Source: Octopus sinensis (lineage: Eukaryota). Taken from it: a stretch of 64,000 bases of DNA. The notes under the pieces were generated by a model. It saw only the letters and a list, made by a program, of their open reading frames with translations, made no database searches and had not been told where the DNA came from. The translations under genes were made by a program, and so were the position numbers. Each line of letters begins with the position of its first letter. Position 1 is the stretch's first letter. The DNA lies in contig NC_043007.1 in the NCBI RefSeq assembly GCF_006345805.1, positions 22,878,001 to 22,942,000 on the forward strand. Direction: 5' to 3'. This document shows, one piece after another, positions 1-12,425 of the stretch.

Positions 1-274
1 ATCTAGTTCGCCAGCCCTCAGTCATTCGTCCAACCCATGCTAGCATGGAAAGCGGACATTAAGCGATGATTTGTTTCAGTCACTAGATTGTGGCCATGCT
101 GGGGCACTGTGTTAAAAATTTAGTCAAATGAATCGACCCCAGTATGCCATTTTTTTTTTTAAGAAGTGGTATTTATTAGAGCAGTGTCTTTTGCTGAACT
201 GCTAAGTTATAGGGACATAAACACACCAACACTGGTTGTTGAGTGGTGATGAGGGAGACAAAGCCACAGATATA

Positions 275-540
275 TATAAAAAATAAATGTGCCCTTTTTA
301 ATGCCTAGCCAGACTCATGGGCCCAGTTTTCCCGGTTTCAATGGCATATGTGTTCCCCAGCTGAATGGGACGCCAGTCCATCGCAGCGTTGCTCATTTTT
401 GCCAGCTGAGTGGACTGGATCAACATGAAATGAAGTGCTTTGCTCAAGAACACAACGCGCCACCCGGTCCAGGAACCGAAACCACAATCTTACGATCATG
501 GTGCCCGACACCCAAACCACTAAGCCATGCGCCTCCACAC
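275..540 (-). mobile_element. tRNA-derived SINE family C (head GGAGGCGCATGGCTTAGTGGTTAGGG...), representative copy
   Basis: Pol III A-box/B-box-like head (TGGCTTAGTGG...GGTTCGATTCC) and a shared body. Related copies at about 3978-4245(+), 13265-13565(-), 19770-20135(+), 25150-25360(-), 27130-27432(-), 31070-31338(-) and 56195-56445(-). Boundaries approximate. Confidence 0.8.
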
Positions 541-544
541 AGAT

Positions 545-565
545 ATATATATCTATCTATCTATC

Positions 566-595
<30 letters not shown>
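545..595. repeat. (TA)n/(TATC)n microsatellite
   Basis: Direct reading. Similar simple repeats at about 819-865, 14230-14375, 15272-15345 (TAGA)n, 15581-15678 compound (TACA)n(CT)n(TA)n, 16020-16185 and 55823-55895. Confidence 0.95.
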
Positions 596-597
<2 letters not shown>

Positions 598-837
598 TGG
601 ATTCAAAATGTGACCGCGTGTGTACCATTGTCGATTTTTTTTTTTTTTTCCTCTGTCTTCCCTTCTCTGGATCTTTCCTTCTCCTATGTTTCCGATGAAG
701 AGCACCGCACGAGATGTTAAACCCCTCCTTCTTTCCTGAGCGTCCAATAATACTATATTTGTTCCATGTCCTTGCGTTGTTGTGTTTTTCTGTGCTTTCA
801 TGTTTGGATTAACTAACTATATATATCTGTATATATC

Positions 838-869
<32 letters not shown>

Positions 870-1114
870 AATATTAAATGAAATAGAGAAATACAATTGA
901 CGAACTAAAAATTTATTTATAAGAGAACATAAATCTTTAAAAGACACATATAAAGCCAACAATTTGTTTCGACTTACATGCAGTAGTGAATTTATAAAAA
1001 ATTCTTATCTATGTATACGAGCCTCTTCAGGGCTATGGGTCAAAAAAAGAAGAAATATAAAAATGCCCTGTAAGGACTGCCAAATTGCAAAAAAGCATGA
1101 GATTTATTATTATA

Positions 1115-2007
1115 CTAGCAGTATCGCCCGGCATTGCTCGGGTTTGTAAGGGAAATAACTATACATCATTTTAAGAGAGTTATAGCCAAAAAATAGCAAA
1201 AAAATGCATTAAAAATGGAAAAAATATGATGGTAAATTTTTTTTTAAATCGTTGACTCATCGTAGACATTTTTAGAGAGTTACTTCCCTTTAAAAAAATA
1301 TGCATGAAAATGGAAAAAAATGATGGTAAATTACTTTTAAAATCGTAGACGCGCGCTAATACCCAGAAGGGCTCGATATGAATCACGACTATAAGATACC
1401 CGGTTTTGGTTAAACTGCACCGCAAAATGTGGGAGTAGTTAGGAATCTAAATCGAAGGGGACAGACACTCACACAACTACAGTTTTATATATAAAGACTA
1501 GCAGTATCGCCCGGCGTTGCTCGGGTTTGTAAGGGAAATAACTATATAAGCATTTTTAGAGAGTTACTTCCCTTATAGATGCCAATTCGGGCTTTCTTAG
1601 CCATTTCTGTTTTGGTGTCTTCAAGCCATGAAGTCGTTGTTCTAAAAGAACGCTGGTCTCCTTGACAACGCTTTACGACGTTGATTTCCTTACACTCCCT
1701 TCCCCACAGCTTCACGAGGGAGGGAAGAAGCAAACAGGTGCAGGTGTGACCATGGACGCCAACTCCGCCGCCATCGACACACGAAATATTATGCATTAAA
1801 ATGGAATAAAAAAATGATGTTAAATTATTTTTTAAAATCGTAGACTCATCGTAGACGCGCGCTAATACTCAGACGGGCTCGATATGAATCACGACTATAA
1901 GATACCCGAATTTGGTTAAACTGCACCGCAAAATGTGGGAGTAGTTAGGAATCTAAATCGAAGGGGACAGACACTCACACAACTACAGTTTTATATATAT
2001 ATATAGA
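1115..2007 (-). mobile_element. Two head-to-tail non-autonomous Helitron copies (1115-1497 and 1498-2007) in the RNASEK intron
   Basis: On the minus strand each copy starts TC(T)TATATA and ends with a GC-rich hairpin (CCCGAGCAAYGCCGGG) then ATACTGCTAG. The pair sits between A and T with no TSD, which is the canonical Helitron signature. Confidence 0.75.
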
Positions 2008-2069
2008 TATGTTGTCTGTGGAAGATGTTATAAATTTCTGTTTCATCTTTATACTTTTATTTTTTTCAG

Positions 2070-2291
2070 TCCTTAATGGGTGTATTTTTACACATTCGAA
2101 GTCCAGCCTTCTTTGAGGATCTACCTATTTCTGAATGGGAGTCTCATGAGTACAAACCTGATTATATCAACAATATGTACTCGCAGGCATCCGTGAATTG
2201 TTTCATCGCAGCTGGACTTTATGTAGCAGTGCTGATCTTCTCGGTAATTCAACAACGACAGAATGCCAGAGCCAGTTACGTCCTCTCCTAA
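2070..2291 (+). CDS. RNASEK: Ribonuclease kappa (V-ATPase subunit f), terminal coding exon; first exon lies upstream of the window
   Basis: Acceptor TTTTTTCAG at 2061-2069, then phase-0 exon SLMGVFLHIRSPAFFEDLP...NMYSQASVNCFIAAGLYVAVLIFSVIQQRQNARASYVLS*. This matches the RNASEK C-terminal motifs (EDxP; YxQxxxNCFIAAGLY). No N-terminal CCGPK-type exon was found in 1-2069. Confidence 0.92.
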   Translation, partial: SLMGVFLHIRSPAFFEDLPISEWESHEYKPDYINNMYSQASVNCFIAAGLYVAVLIFSVIQQRQNARASYVLS

Positions 2292-2906
2292 TGAAAAAAA
2301 TCCGATGAGCTTACATGATGTAGAGCACAAAATAGTTGGGCCTGCCTCTCGCGAATTGGTTGCTTTTGAAGGAAACCAAGCTGTAAACTAGAAAATGGTG
2401 TTTAAAAACAGAATGTGTATAAAAATTGTGCTGTGTCAGTCATGGAAAAATGATTTTCTTGAAAACAAACCGAGTAAAATGTTGATAAGCAACAAGGCTT
2501 GCCCAATTTTTAGATGTGTGTGTGTATGGGTGTGACAGATTTTTGTTTTTTCTTCATAGTCAAGAAAAGTTTTAGCTGTAAATTTAAACTGGTAGCTGAA
2601 TTGTTTAATTCAAATGAATGGATTAATTACCGTGGGATAATTGAATGGACTAAAATTGAGCAATAGAAGTGATTTATTTCCCCCCCTTTTCTTTTTGTTC
2701 AGTATGGAAATATTTTTAGTAAAAACGGATTTGAAAGAAGATAATAAAAAAAAACACAAACATTCCTTGCATTATTTTAATGCATTTTTTGTAACCCCAA
2801 ACCCCTTTTTACTTTATATATATATATTTTGTTTCTCTGGGGGTGTATGCTGTTATTTTATTTTTCTCTGTAATTGTTGTTTGGAGTGAGATCCTGTTAA
2901 TATTGA

Positions 2907-2912
2907 AATAAA
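2907..2912 (+). terminator. Candidate polyadenylation signal of RNASEK
   Basis: AATAAA about 620 nt after the stop, followed by T/GT-rich sequence. Use of this site is inferred. Confidence 0.45.
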
Positions 2913-3079
2913 ATTTGTTGAAATTTATCATACCACACTTATATTGGTCCTTCTTTCCACTTCAAGCCAGCTGGAACATAAAGCTTCCATTCTCTCTCTC
3001 TCCATCCATGTTGCACCTCACACATGGTTCCACATTTCTCATTTCTCAACTATTGGCCTATCTCTTTATTTCTTCTTTC

Positions 3080-3489
3080 GGATCTTTTCGGTTTGAACGG
3101 CAGTTTTTTAAAATAGTTTCCATGTAACTAAACACTTTTAAACTTCGTACAGTGGTAGAATGTGTTTATAAAACATCGTTTTCTCTTGGCTTTATTGAGA
3201 AAATTCTATAGTTTGTAAGATATTTGTTGTTTTTTTTTTCAATTTCTGTAATTTCAACTTATCAATGACCTCTATTGAGGTGAAAACATTCTGTGCCGTA
3301 TGAATATGTCTCTCGTTTAAGAAACAGATTGGGTTTATTTACATTTGTGAAGAAAAAAAGATACCCTTCCCCCCACCCCTAACCCTAAAACAGATTGAAA
3401 TGCAATAGATCGATACTATGGTCATAATTATGGGTGACAATTTCATATGACACCACTAGAAAAAACTGCCGTTCAAACCGAAAAGTTCC
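3080..3489. mobile_element. MITE of about 400 bp with 28-30 bp TIRs (GGATCTTTTCGGTTTGAACGGCAGTTTTT), superfamily unassigned
   Basis: Inverted termini at 3080-3109 and 3460-3489. Further copies at about 18002-18410 (inverted), 21010-21376 and a partial copy at 19135-19320. Confidence 0.8.
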
Positions 3490-4442
3490 CTTCCTCCTCT
3501 TTACAGATTATGAACCACTGCCTCTCCAAAGTGTTCTGGTTTCTTCATTCTTCTGTCTGTTTGAAGTGTTTGTAATCTGAATTTTTTTCAGGACCAGGTG
3601 ATTAGCCTAATGTTAAATAAAAATAAAAAATAAGAAACAAGTGGAAATTTTACCGGTGAGTGTGTTACATTATAAGGCACAAAAAGAAAATGACTCTCCC
3701 CAGACACAAAAAAATTGAGCTGGTTTTCTATTGGAGTTGTCTCCCCTTAGATCATTGCATTGCTGCTCACACTTATAAGCTCCATCTGTCCAGGATTTCA
3801 AATTGGAATTTCCTTTCCCTTGGAGATTCTCTCCTTCTTGACCACCCTAGTCCGTAACTCCTCTCAAAAGGAGATGCTGAAAAGTAGTCTTGATATCATA
3901 TTAGTTGTTCGCATCCGTACCACATTAGTCATAACTTGTGCCCATCTTGCTCCATGTCCTGAGAGAATACCCAAACTGTGGAGGCACGTGGCTTAGTGGT
4001 TAGGGTGTCAGCATCATGATCGTAAGGTTGTGGTTTCAATACCTGGACCGGGCGATGCGTTGTGTTCTTGAGCAAAACACTTCATTTCACGTTGCTCCAG
4101 TCCACTCAGCTGGCAAAAATGAGTAATCCTATGACGGACCGGTGTCCCGTCCAGGTGGGGAATTTCTACGCCACTGAAACCGGGAAACCGGTCCTTATGA
4201 GCCTGGCATGGCTCGAGAAGGAACAGAATACCGAAACTGACGTGTAAAAGTACAGCAATGGAGTTCACCCCTATCCTGGGAACTATTAGCAGGGCTTGTA
4301 TTGGTTATTGAACACCTTTTGTTTTTGTAAATAAAATCATTGATATTGATCTTAGAGTCCACAGTAAGTTTTGAACTAAGAATGCAGAGAATTTGAGAAA
4401 AAAACCCCACAAGCTATTTTCTCCTATGTTCTTACAGCTTTT

Positions 4443-4671
4443 ATTTCTTTATTGCCCACAAGGGGCTAAACATAGAGGGGACAAACAAGTACAGTGCATA
4501 ACTGGTACTTAATTTATCGACCCCAGTGCATAACTGGTACTTAATTTATCGACCCCGAAAGGATGAAAGGCAAATTCGACCTCAGCGGAATTTGAACTCG
4601 GAATGTAACGGCAGACGAAATACTGCTAAGCATTTCGCCCGGCGTGCTAACCATTCTGCCAGATCGCCACC
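4443..4671 (-). mobile_element. tRNA-derived SINE family A (GGCGGCGAGCTGGCAGAAACGTTAGCACG...GCCCCTTGTGGGYAATAAAGAAA), representative copy
   Basis: Copies at about 6142-6345(+), 21861-22075(+), 32250-32480(+), 44960-45175(+), 46465-46675(-), 54600-54735(+, truncated), 55220-55415(+) and 59695-59922(-). This copy has an internal 32-bp tandem duplication (about 4494-4557). Confidence 0.85.
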
Positions 4672-5329
4672 TTATGTTCTTACAGCTCTAACTCACTCCT
4701 TAATATATGCCACAGACTACAAAACCCCAACAATCTATTTCCTGTGAGTCTTCATATTGGTTTTAAATTTTGGTACAAGGTGAGCAATTTCAGTAGAGGG
4801 GTTCATCCAATTATGTCGACCCTGGTGCTCAACTGGTACTTATTGTATCGACCCCCCCCCCCAAATAAAAGGCAAAGTCACCCTCAGCAGGATTTGAACT
4901 CAGGACATAAAGATGAATGAAATGCCTGCAAGCATTTTGCCCGGTGTGGTAATGATTCTGCCAACTCACCACTTTCATGAGTCTTCATATTATCCAGACT
5001 TTATGAGAGTTTGTGAAGGTGCATGGCCTGGTGGTTAGAGCTTTTGATCATCAGATCCTGGGTTCCGTTCCTGGACTGGGCACTGCATTATGTCCTTCAG
5101 CAGTGCACTTCATTTCATGTTGTCCCAATGTTCTCGGCTCTAATGAGTATGAACCAAGTGCTGGTGTAGCTCTCTCTCTCTCTCCTCCCCTTCTCTCTCG
5201 TCTCTCTCCACATCTCTCTCTCCTCCCCCTCTCCCCACATCTCTCTCCTCCCCCTCTCTCCCACCTCCCTTCTCTTCTCCAAATTATTATAACAGAAACA
5301 TTTACCACTCATTGTGGCTGCCCTTTTGG

Positions 5330-6130
5330 GAAATTACTGCCTCTATATGAGAACAAAATTTTTTGCAGCTGCCACAATCGCTGCCTTCTTCGATTTTTCT
5401 TGTCACACGCACGATGTAGGTCTTGAAACTGTTGACACTCGAGTGCTTGCTTAAAGTATGCTCCATAAAAAGTAATGGGGAAGGTCGAAATCTGGGCTAT
5501 TACTGGACCTGATGTTGGCCCCAAAAAAAAATAGCACCCCACCAAAGAAGGCCTGTGTTGCTTTTGACCTATGGCATGTGCAGAAACCTGGATAAACACC
5601 ACATTGTCAAACCCAAACTTCTGCTCCATCCAAGGTAACAGAGTTCTTCAGGATGTCCAGATACTCCTTTGTGCTGATCTTCAAGCCAGACTTGATGAAG
5701 TGTGGGTCCATGACTTCCATCACTCACCACAGCTCCAAATACCATCTGAGAGGCAGGATTCTTAGTCTCAAACACAGGAGGGACGTCAGAAGGGTTGTAT
5801 GCAATCACTCGAGAATTTCTGTGATTCACCTCAGCGTCCACAGTGAAATTCTCGCCCACCTTGATGCTTGGTGAATGACAGAAGCTTTGGGCATCTCTCG
5901 GCTCTGATTGCTTCGGCCTTGGCTGTTAGGTGATAGCGTCGTCGAACACAGCTAGTCATGCCAAGGTTCCTGTTCACAGCTCTGGACGCCGTGGAAAGGG
6001 ACACGTTGCGTTTCTTTGCCATGGATGTGAATGGGTTGGCTTTAATCGAGCGTTTGAGGCCAGCGAGAAACTGGAAATCACTTCGAGTCTTGTGTTCTTT
6101 TCTATCAATCTTTTTCTCTTCATTAAATTG
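5330..6130 (-). mobile_element. Degraded Tc1/mariner-superfamily (maT/DD37D-like) transposase remnant
   Basis: Frameshifted peptides SLSTASRAVNRNLGMTSCVRRRYHLT..AIRAERCPKLL and FTVDAEVNHRNSRVIAY...ETKNPASQMVFGAVVSDG resemble the maT/Bmmar1-type HTH and catalytic N-half. Confidence 0.7.
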
Positions 6131-7619
6131 TTTACACACAAGGTGGCGAGCTGGCAGAAACGTTAGCACGCCAGGCGAAATGCGTAGCCGTATTTCGTCT
6201 GCCGTTACGCTCTGAGTTCAAATTCCGCCGAGGTCGACTTTGCCTTTTATCCTTTTGGGGTCGATAAATTAAGTACCAGTTACGCACTGCGGTCGATGTA
6301 ATCGACTTAATCCGTTTGTCCCCTTGTGGGCAATAAAGAAACAGATAAACTGTTGCTTTTGGAAGTTTCGTCAACTAAACAATTTTAATGGCAGCGTGTC
6401 CGGCGCGCGCCAAACAACAATGGCGGAACGATTCTGTTGTTCCATGAATTTCTGCTGTCGAATCAGTTTGCTATATACCTGAAAAATAAAGAGGAGGATT
6501 AAATTTTCAAACAAGGAAGTTTTTATCAAATAACGAAATGTTAAACCTATGTCAACAGCTTAAATTTGATCTCAATTTAAGATAGCTTTATTTCAGTTTT
6601 CATCGATCAAATCCACTCGATGCTTTGGTCAGCCTGGGGCTATATAGTTGAAGGCACCTGTCTAAGGTGTCTTGCAATGGGACTGAACCCAAGACCACAT
6701 GCATGGTTGGAAAGCGAGCTTCTTGATCACACATTCACACTCCGTGTGTATTTTATCAATAACCGGAGTAGTGTGATCATGAAATATAATGTTTAAATGG
6801 TGGTGTTCTCAGGTTGTGAAGCCATCTAATGACGATTCTGTTCGGAAGGCTGTAATATTATTTGATAAAGGATCACGGTACAATGAATTCATAGAACAAA
6901 GCTGTAATTTCAAATACCTTTACTCTCGGTCTCAAATATACACAAGTTGAATGATAATGGAAAGAGTTCGTAAGCGAAGGGCCATGTTCATCTTCTGCGT
7001 AACCTCATGTGCGAGAGATAGGTAGGTCATGTCTTTGCTCTCGGGCGTCCCGATACGAAAGATGAAGTGTCTGAAGTTTAGTGCTGCTTGTGCCAGCTAG
7101 TGGCGAGCTATTTTAAACAGCCGCCGTCATGGAGGTAACTGCGCCTACAAATGAAACATCTGATGGCTCAAATGGAAAATTGTATTTTTCTCAGACACAT
7201 CACGGATAACAAATGCCAGTGACAAACACTAAGATCTCTAAGTCAGAAAGTGGAGAGATGTGAATTGGAAAACCATTTCTGTGCAGTTCTTTCGGTTATA
7301 GTATCTTTCAAGTGTCTACTCTGGCGTGGTTCCTACTTCTGGATTCCTTTCCTAACGTCAATCATTTCGTATGTACAGGCTTTTTTCAACTTGGAAGATT
7401 ACGAACTCCGAGAACCGGGGCGGGATGGTGCTGCTCTCTGCGAAGAGATGGTGGGGTTTGAAGTACGAAAAAAGAGGAAGAGCAAGTTTATTGCTGCAAA
7501 GGAACCACATGGCTCCTCACATTTAGAAGAGAGGGTGAAAATTATCTGGTGGAGCTGGAAAGAGATAAACCAGTGATAATGAAGTGTTTTCTCTCTTGCA
7601 CACTACATCTGATTCCAGT

Positions 7620-7889
7620 TCTTTTCTCTCAGCATATTTGGACTACGTCGTTCATGCGTACTTAAATTGTAAATCTAACGGAGCATACTGGCTTCATTTC
7701 ATTCCAGTGTTCTCGTGTCATCTGCTTGTTGAAATATCCTGGGGTTCCTGTCTTCTTTCTTAGACCAGGATTGGTGGAAGTAAACTTTCGAGGCCAGATA
7801 CTCACGCTGGCTCCCATGTCCACCATAAAGGACTTTGAAGAAATAGCATCTCGGATTAAAAATGCACAGTAAGGTGAGTCAATGGGGGA
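7620..7889 (-). mobile_element. Older Gypsy LTR-retrotransposon remnant (aspartic protease), continued at 12431-12490 beyond the nested element
   Basis: Peptide AFLIRDAISSKSFMVDMGASVSIWP has a retroviral-type protease motif (D-x-G-A). It joins in frame with KLGREALATSVVSP from 12431-12470 when the nested element and one TSD are removed. Confidence 0.7.
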
Positions 7890-10800
7890 TGTTATGTAAT
7901 CATCACACAAACATGAACAATCAACGTTGCCCATTGTCTCCCTTGATACAAGGACATTCAGTAAGTTTCCCGCCACAACAAATACCTTGTACAACAACGG
8001 CAGTCTAATAAAGTATCTCGTATCGTTAACACGTTTTTTCAGTCTCTCTCATTTTCTTAATCTTTCATACTAAGTACTCACGACTTCCTTTAATACTCAA
8101 TACATTATATATATATAACAACAACATGGTGTCAGAATACTAAAAGAACCCAAAATATAGAAACCAAAAGAAAAAAGAAGTTGAAATCATACTTCAAAGA
8201 CGAAATGGAAAATTTACCGCATCCAAAAGACCTAGACTTTAATCAGGAAAATCTATCCGCAGCATGGAAAAAGTGGAAAAAAGAATTCAATCTCTTTTTG
8301 ATAGCAACAGAAAGTGACATGAAGCCAGACAAAGTAAAAACTTCAATGTTTTTAACTTGCATCGGTTCCAAAGGCCGAGACATCCATTCCACTCTGGATT
8401 TCGATTCACCCGACGAAGAAATGAACCTTCAGACAGTAATCGAAAAATTCGATGCATATTGTGAACCCAGGAAAAACATAACTTTCCTGAGACACAAATT
8501 CTTCACACGTGGACAAGCGGAACATCAAAAATTCGATGAGTACGTGGTAGAGTTGCGCCAAAAGGCACAACAGTGCGAATTCGGCAACCTCACAGACAGT
8601 CTCACCAAAGATATTCTGATATGTGGAATCAGAGACATGAGATTAAGAGAAAGATTATTGAGAGAACCAAATTTAGACTTACAAAAAACAATTCAAGCAG
8701 GTCAGAGTGCAGAGCAAACACGACTCCAATCAAGGATGCTAAATGCTACATCCAAAACAAGAGATAACCAAATCTCGAGGGTATATAGTCAACACGACAG
8801 AAAAGGCGCCAAAACTCAAATAACTCGCCATATGCAATCCAGACATCAAAACGAACAAGGCGGAAGTGACAGAGAGCCCGCGAAGTTTCAAGCGCCAAGT
8901 CAACACTACGTCACTAACTGTCACTATTGTGGTTATAATCACAAAAGAAATAAATGCCCAGCATTTCACAAGACACGTGAAAAATGCAAGAAACAAGGAC
9001 ACTATGCAAAAATGTGCAAATCAAGAAAATTTGTACATAAAGTAGAGATACATACCGACGATGAATCAGATGATGATACACATGCACTCGAAATGATCAC
9101 TGCAAATAATTCCCGCGTGCACAAAATCGAAAAGTTCAAGACTCCAAAAGACATTTGGACGGTCGAACTAAAAGTGAACAACTCGAATGTAACATTCAAA
9201 ATTGATACTGGAGCAGACGTAACCGTACTGCCATTTAGAGAATATAAAAATATAATTCCAAAACCACAACTGCAAAAAACCTCAACTCGATTATCAGCTT
9301 ACAATAACACAGCTATAAAAGTTCTAGGAAAATGCACAGCAGTCATTAAATACAAAGAATTATCAAAACAAATAAAATTCATTATTGCAAAAACAAACTC
9401 GCACGCAGTTATAGATGCAAAGACAGCTAAAGATCTGAACCTAATTCAGAGAATTTCAAAAATAAACTCGTCGAACACAAACGACATAATAGAAAAATAT
9501 GAAGACTGTTTCAGAGAAATCGGCACTTTGTCAATAACACATCATATCACAGTGGATCCACAAATAACTCCTGTAATTCATCCACCAAGATCGGTTCCTT
9601 TTTCTATAAAAGAAAAACTCAACAAAGAATTAAAAAGAATGACAGAATTAGGTATCATAAAACCTGTTAGTGAATCTACAGACTGGGTAAATTCCCTAGT
9701 CATCGTTGAAAAAGCCAACGGAAAACTCCGACTCTGTTTAGACCCCAAGAATCTAAACAAAGCCATAAAAAGGCAACATTTCAAACTCCCTACAGCGGAG
9801 GACATTTTTGCACAAATGCATAACCCTAAATATTTTTCGAAACTCGATGCATCTAATGGATACTGGCAAATTCCAGTTGACGAAGAAAGCTCCCATCTGT
9901 TAACGTTCAACACACCTTTTGGAAGGTATCGCTTCACACGACTACCCTTTGGAATTCACAGCGCCAGTGAAGTTTTCCAAAAAGAAATTGCAAAAATAAT
10001 AGAGGGCATAGAAGGAGCAAGAAATTCACAGGATGACATCATAATCTGGTCCAGCACTTTAGAAGAACACACAAATAGACTACAACAAGTTTTCGATCGA
10101 ATCCGAAAGCACGGATTAAAGTTAAATAAATCAAAGTGTATCTTCTATGAATCACAAATCACGTACCTTGGGCATCTATTAACCAGCGAAGGGATAAAAC
10201 AAGATCCAACCAAAGTACAAGCAATCATTCACATGTCACTGCCAACAAGTAAAAAAGAATTACAAAGATTCCTAGGTATGACAAATTACCTATGTAAATT
10301 TTTATCAAATTACTCCGAAGTTACAGCACCATTACGCCAGCTTCTACAGAGTGACACGTTATGGTCATTCGACAAACCACAAATCGAAGCAATAAAAAAG
10401 CTAAAAGAAATGATTACCAGAAAACCAGTGCTACAATTTTATAATCCAGATCTACCAATAAAAATAACTACAGATGCTAGTAAGCATGGGCTCGGAGCGA
10501 TACTTGAGCAGAAACACAACGAAAGATGGCTACCTGTTTCGTTTGCATCTCGTGCAACAACTCAAGCAGAACAAAACTACTGTCCGATAGAGAGCGAAGC
10601 TCTCAGTATAGTTTTCGCATGCAAGAAATTTCATCAGTTTATATACGGAACTCATTTCAGAATCGAAAATGACCATAAACCGTTGAAGCAAATATTCAAA
10701 AACTCGATCATTAAATGCCCCCCCCCCACCAGAATCCAAAGATTTCTACTAACATTACAAAGATACGATTTTGACCTAAACCACATACCTGGTAAAGAAT

Positions 10801-12425
10801 CAGTTGTTGCAGATACCCTATCACGTGCATACCTTGAGCAAAATACTCCAGAAGTATCAGACGAAGATATGAAATCGCACATACATGCAGTAATAAAAAA
10901 TTACCCCATAACCGACACTAAATTAAAAGAGTATAAAGAAGCCACTGCAGACGACCCGTCACTACAGACACTCATCACATATACATGAACAGAATGGCCC
11001 CCAAAAGACAAAATACCAATAAACATCAAACCATTCGTCTCCGTTCGTGATGAAATATCAATCGTCAATGGTCTCGTTCTAAAAGGTTCAAGAATAATTG
11101 TACCTAAGTCATTACGTAGAGAAGCTCTACAGGAAATACATACCGGACACATGGGTATCGAAAAATGCATAGAGAGAGCGAAGGAATGTATATACTGGCC
11201 TGGCATTAACGCTCAAATCAAAGACACGATTAACACATGCTCATACTGCATCGACTACAAAAACCAACAACCAGCCGAACCACTAATAAATCATGAAATA
11301 CCTACTACACCATGGACCAAAGTGGGTACAGACGTATTTCACCTATCTGGAAATTCGTATGTCACAATTATTGACTATACAACAAGATTTTTTGATCTAC
11401 ACGAAATAAATGTTTGCCAGTCAAAAACCGTAATCAAAAAATTAAAAGAAACTTTTGCTAAATTCGGAATTCCGCAAACAGTTGTAAGTGACAACGGTCC
11501 AGAATTCAATTCGGCTGAATTCAAAAAATTTGCAAAAAATTGGCATTTTCATCACACGAAGACAAGCCCGCATTATCATCAAGCGAATGGCATGGTTGAG
11601 AGAAATGTACAGACAATAAAAAAGACGCTAAAAAAGGCATTCAAGAGTGGCGAAGAACCTCAGTTAGCGCTCTTAGCATTACGCACGACTAAATTACAAA
11701 ATTGCAAATCAAATAATGAATAGAACATTGCGAACAAATCTCCCAAACTTACTACACGACAAAATTGGTATCAGGCTTCACGAAAAGAAGAAATCAAACA
11801 TTACAACAGAGCTCCCAGAGTTAAAACCACACGACACGGTTAGAATTAAGTTTAACAACAATTGGTTTAGAAGGGGCAAAATAATTAAAAAACTAGAGCA
11901 ACCTCGTTCATACTTAGTAATAACAGAGGAAGGTAATACAGTCAAACGAAATAGACAACATATTCTTAAAACAAACGAACACGTTCGCATAACAGAAGAA
12001 TTAGATTATGAAAATATATTTCCAAAGTCAACAAACACGCATGAAAAAACAAAAACAGCACAACTACAGAATTCAACACTACAAAATAATAAAACCACAA
12101 AAAGTGGACGACGAATAATTATTCCCTGTAGATACAGATGATGATAATAAAAAATTTAAAAATTAAAAAAAAAAAAAAAAGGGAAGATGCTATGTAATCA
12201 TCACAACAAACATGAACAATCAACGTTGCCCATTGTCTCCCTTGATACAAGGACATTCAGTAAGTTTCCCGCCACAACAAATACCTTGTACAACAACGGC
12301 AGTCTAATAAAGTATCTCGTATCGTTAACACGTTTTTTCAGTCTCTCTCATTTTCTTAATCTTTCATACTAAATACTCACTACTTCCTTTAATACTCAAT
12401 ACATTATATATATATAACAACAACA
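7890..12425 (+). mobile_element. Full-length Gypsy (Mag-like) LTR retrotransposon with gag-pol; recently inserted but defective
   Basis: LTRs at 7890-8126 and 12188-12425 (TG...CA, about 4 differences). TSD GGGGA at 7885-7889 and 12426-12430. PBS TGGTGTCAGAA at 8127 and a purine tract before the 3' LTR. The ORF from 8181 holds gag with Cys/His knuckles, protease (IDTGAD), RT (SQDD), RNase H (TDAS..E..DHKPL) and integrase (HTGH..C..C; TDVF, SDNG, MVER). Confidence 0.97.
8181..12141 (+). pseudogene. Gypsy gag-pol polyprotein, interrupted
   Basis: In-frame TGA at 10986-10988; the same frame resumes through 11151-11723. A frameshifting deletion near 11710 moves CKS...MNRTLRTNLP into the 11716-12141 frame. 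Confidence 0.9.

Noticed and set aside
6420-6500. CpG-rich GGCGCGCGCC...AACAATGGCGG followed by a short Cys-rich peptide (MAERFCCSMNFCC...), and a good minus-strand acceptor at about 6480
   Set aside because: The plus ORF stops after 20 codons and lies downstream of the RNASEK last exon, so it cannot be RNASEK exon 1. The minus-strand reading matches nothing I recognise.
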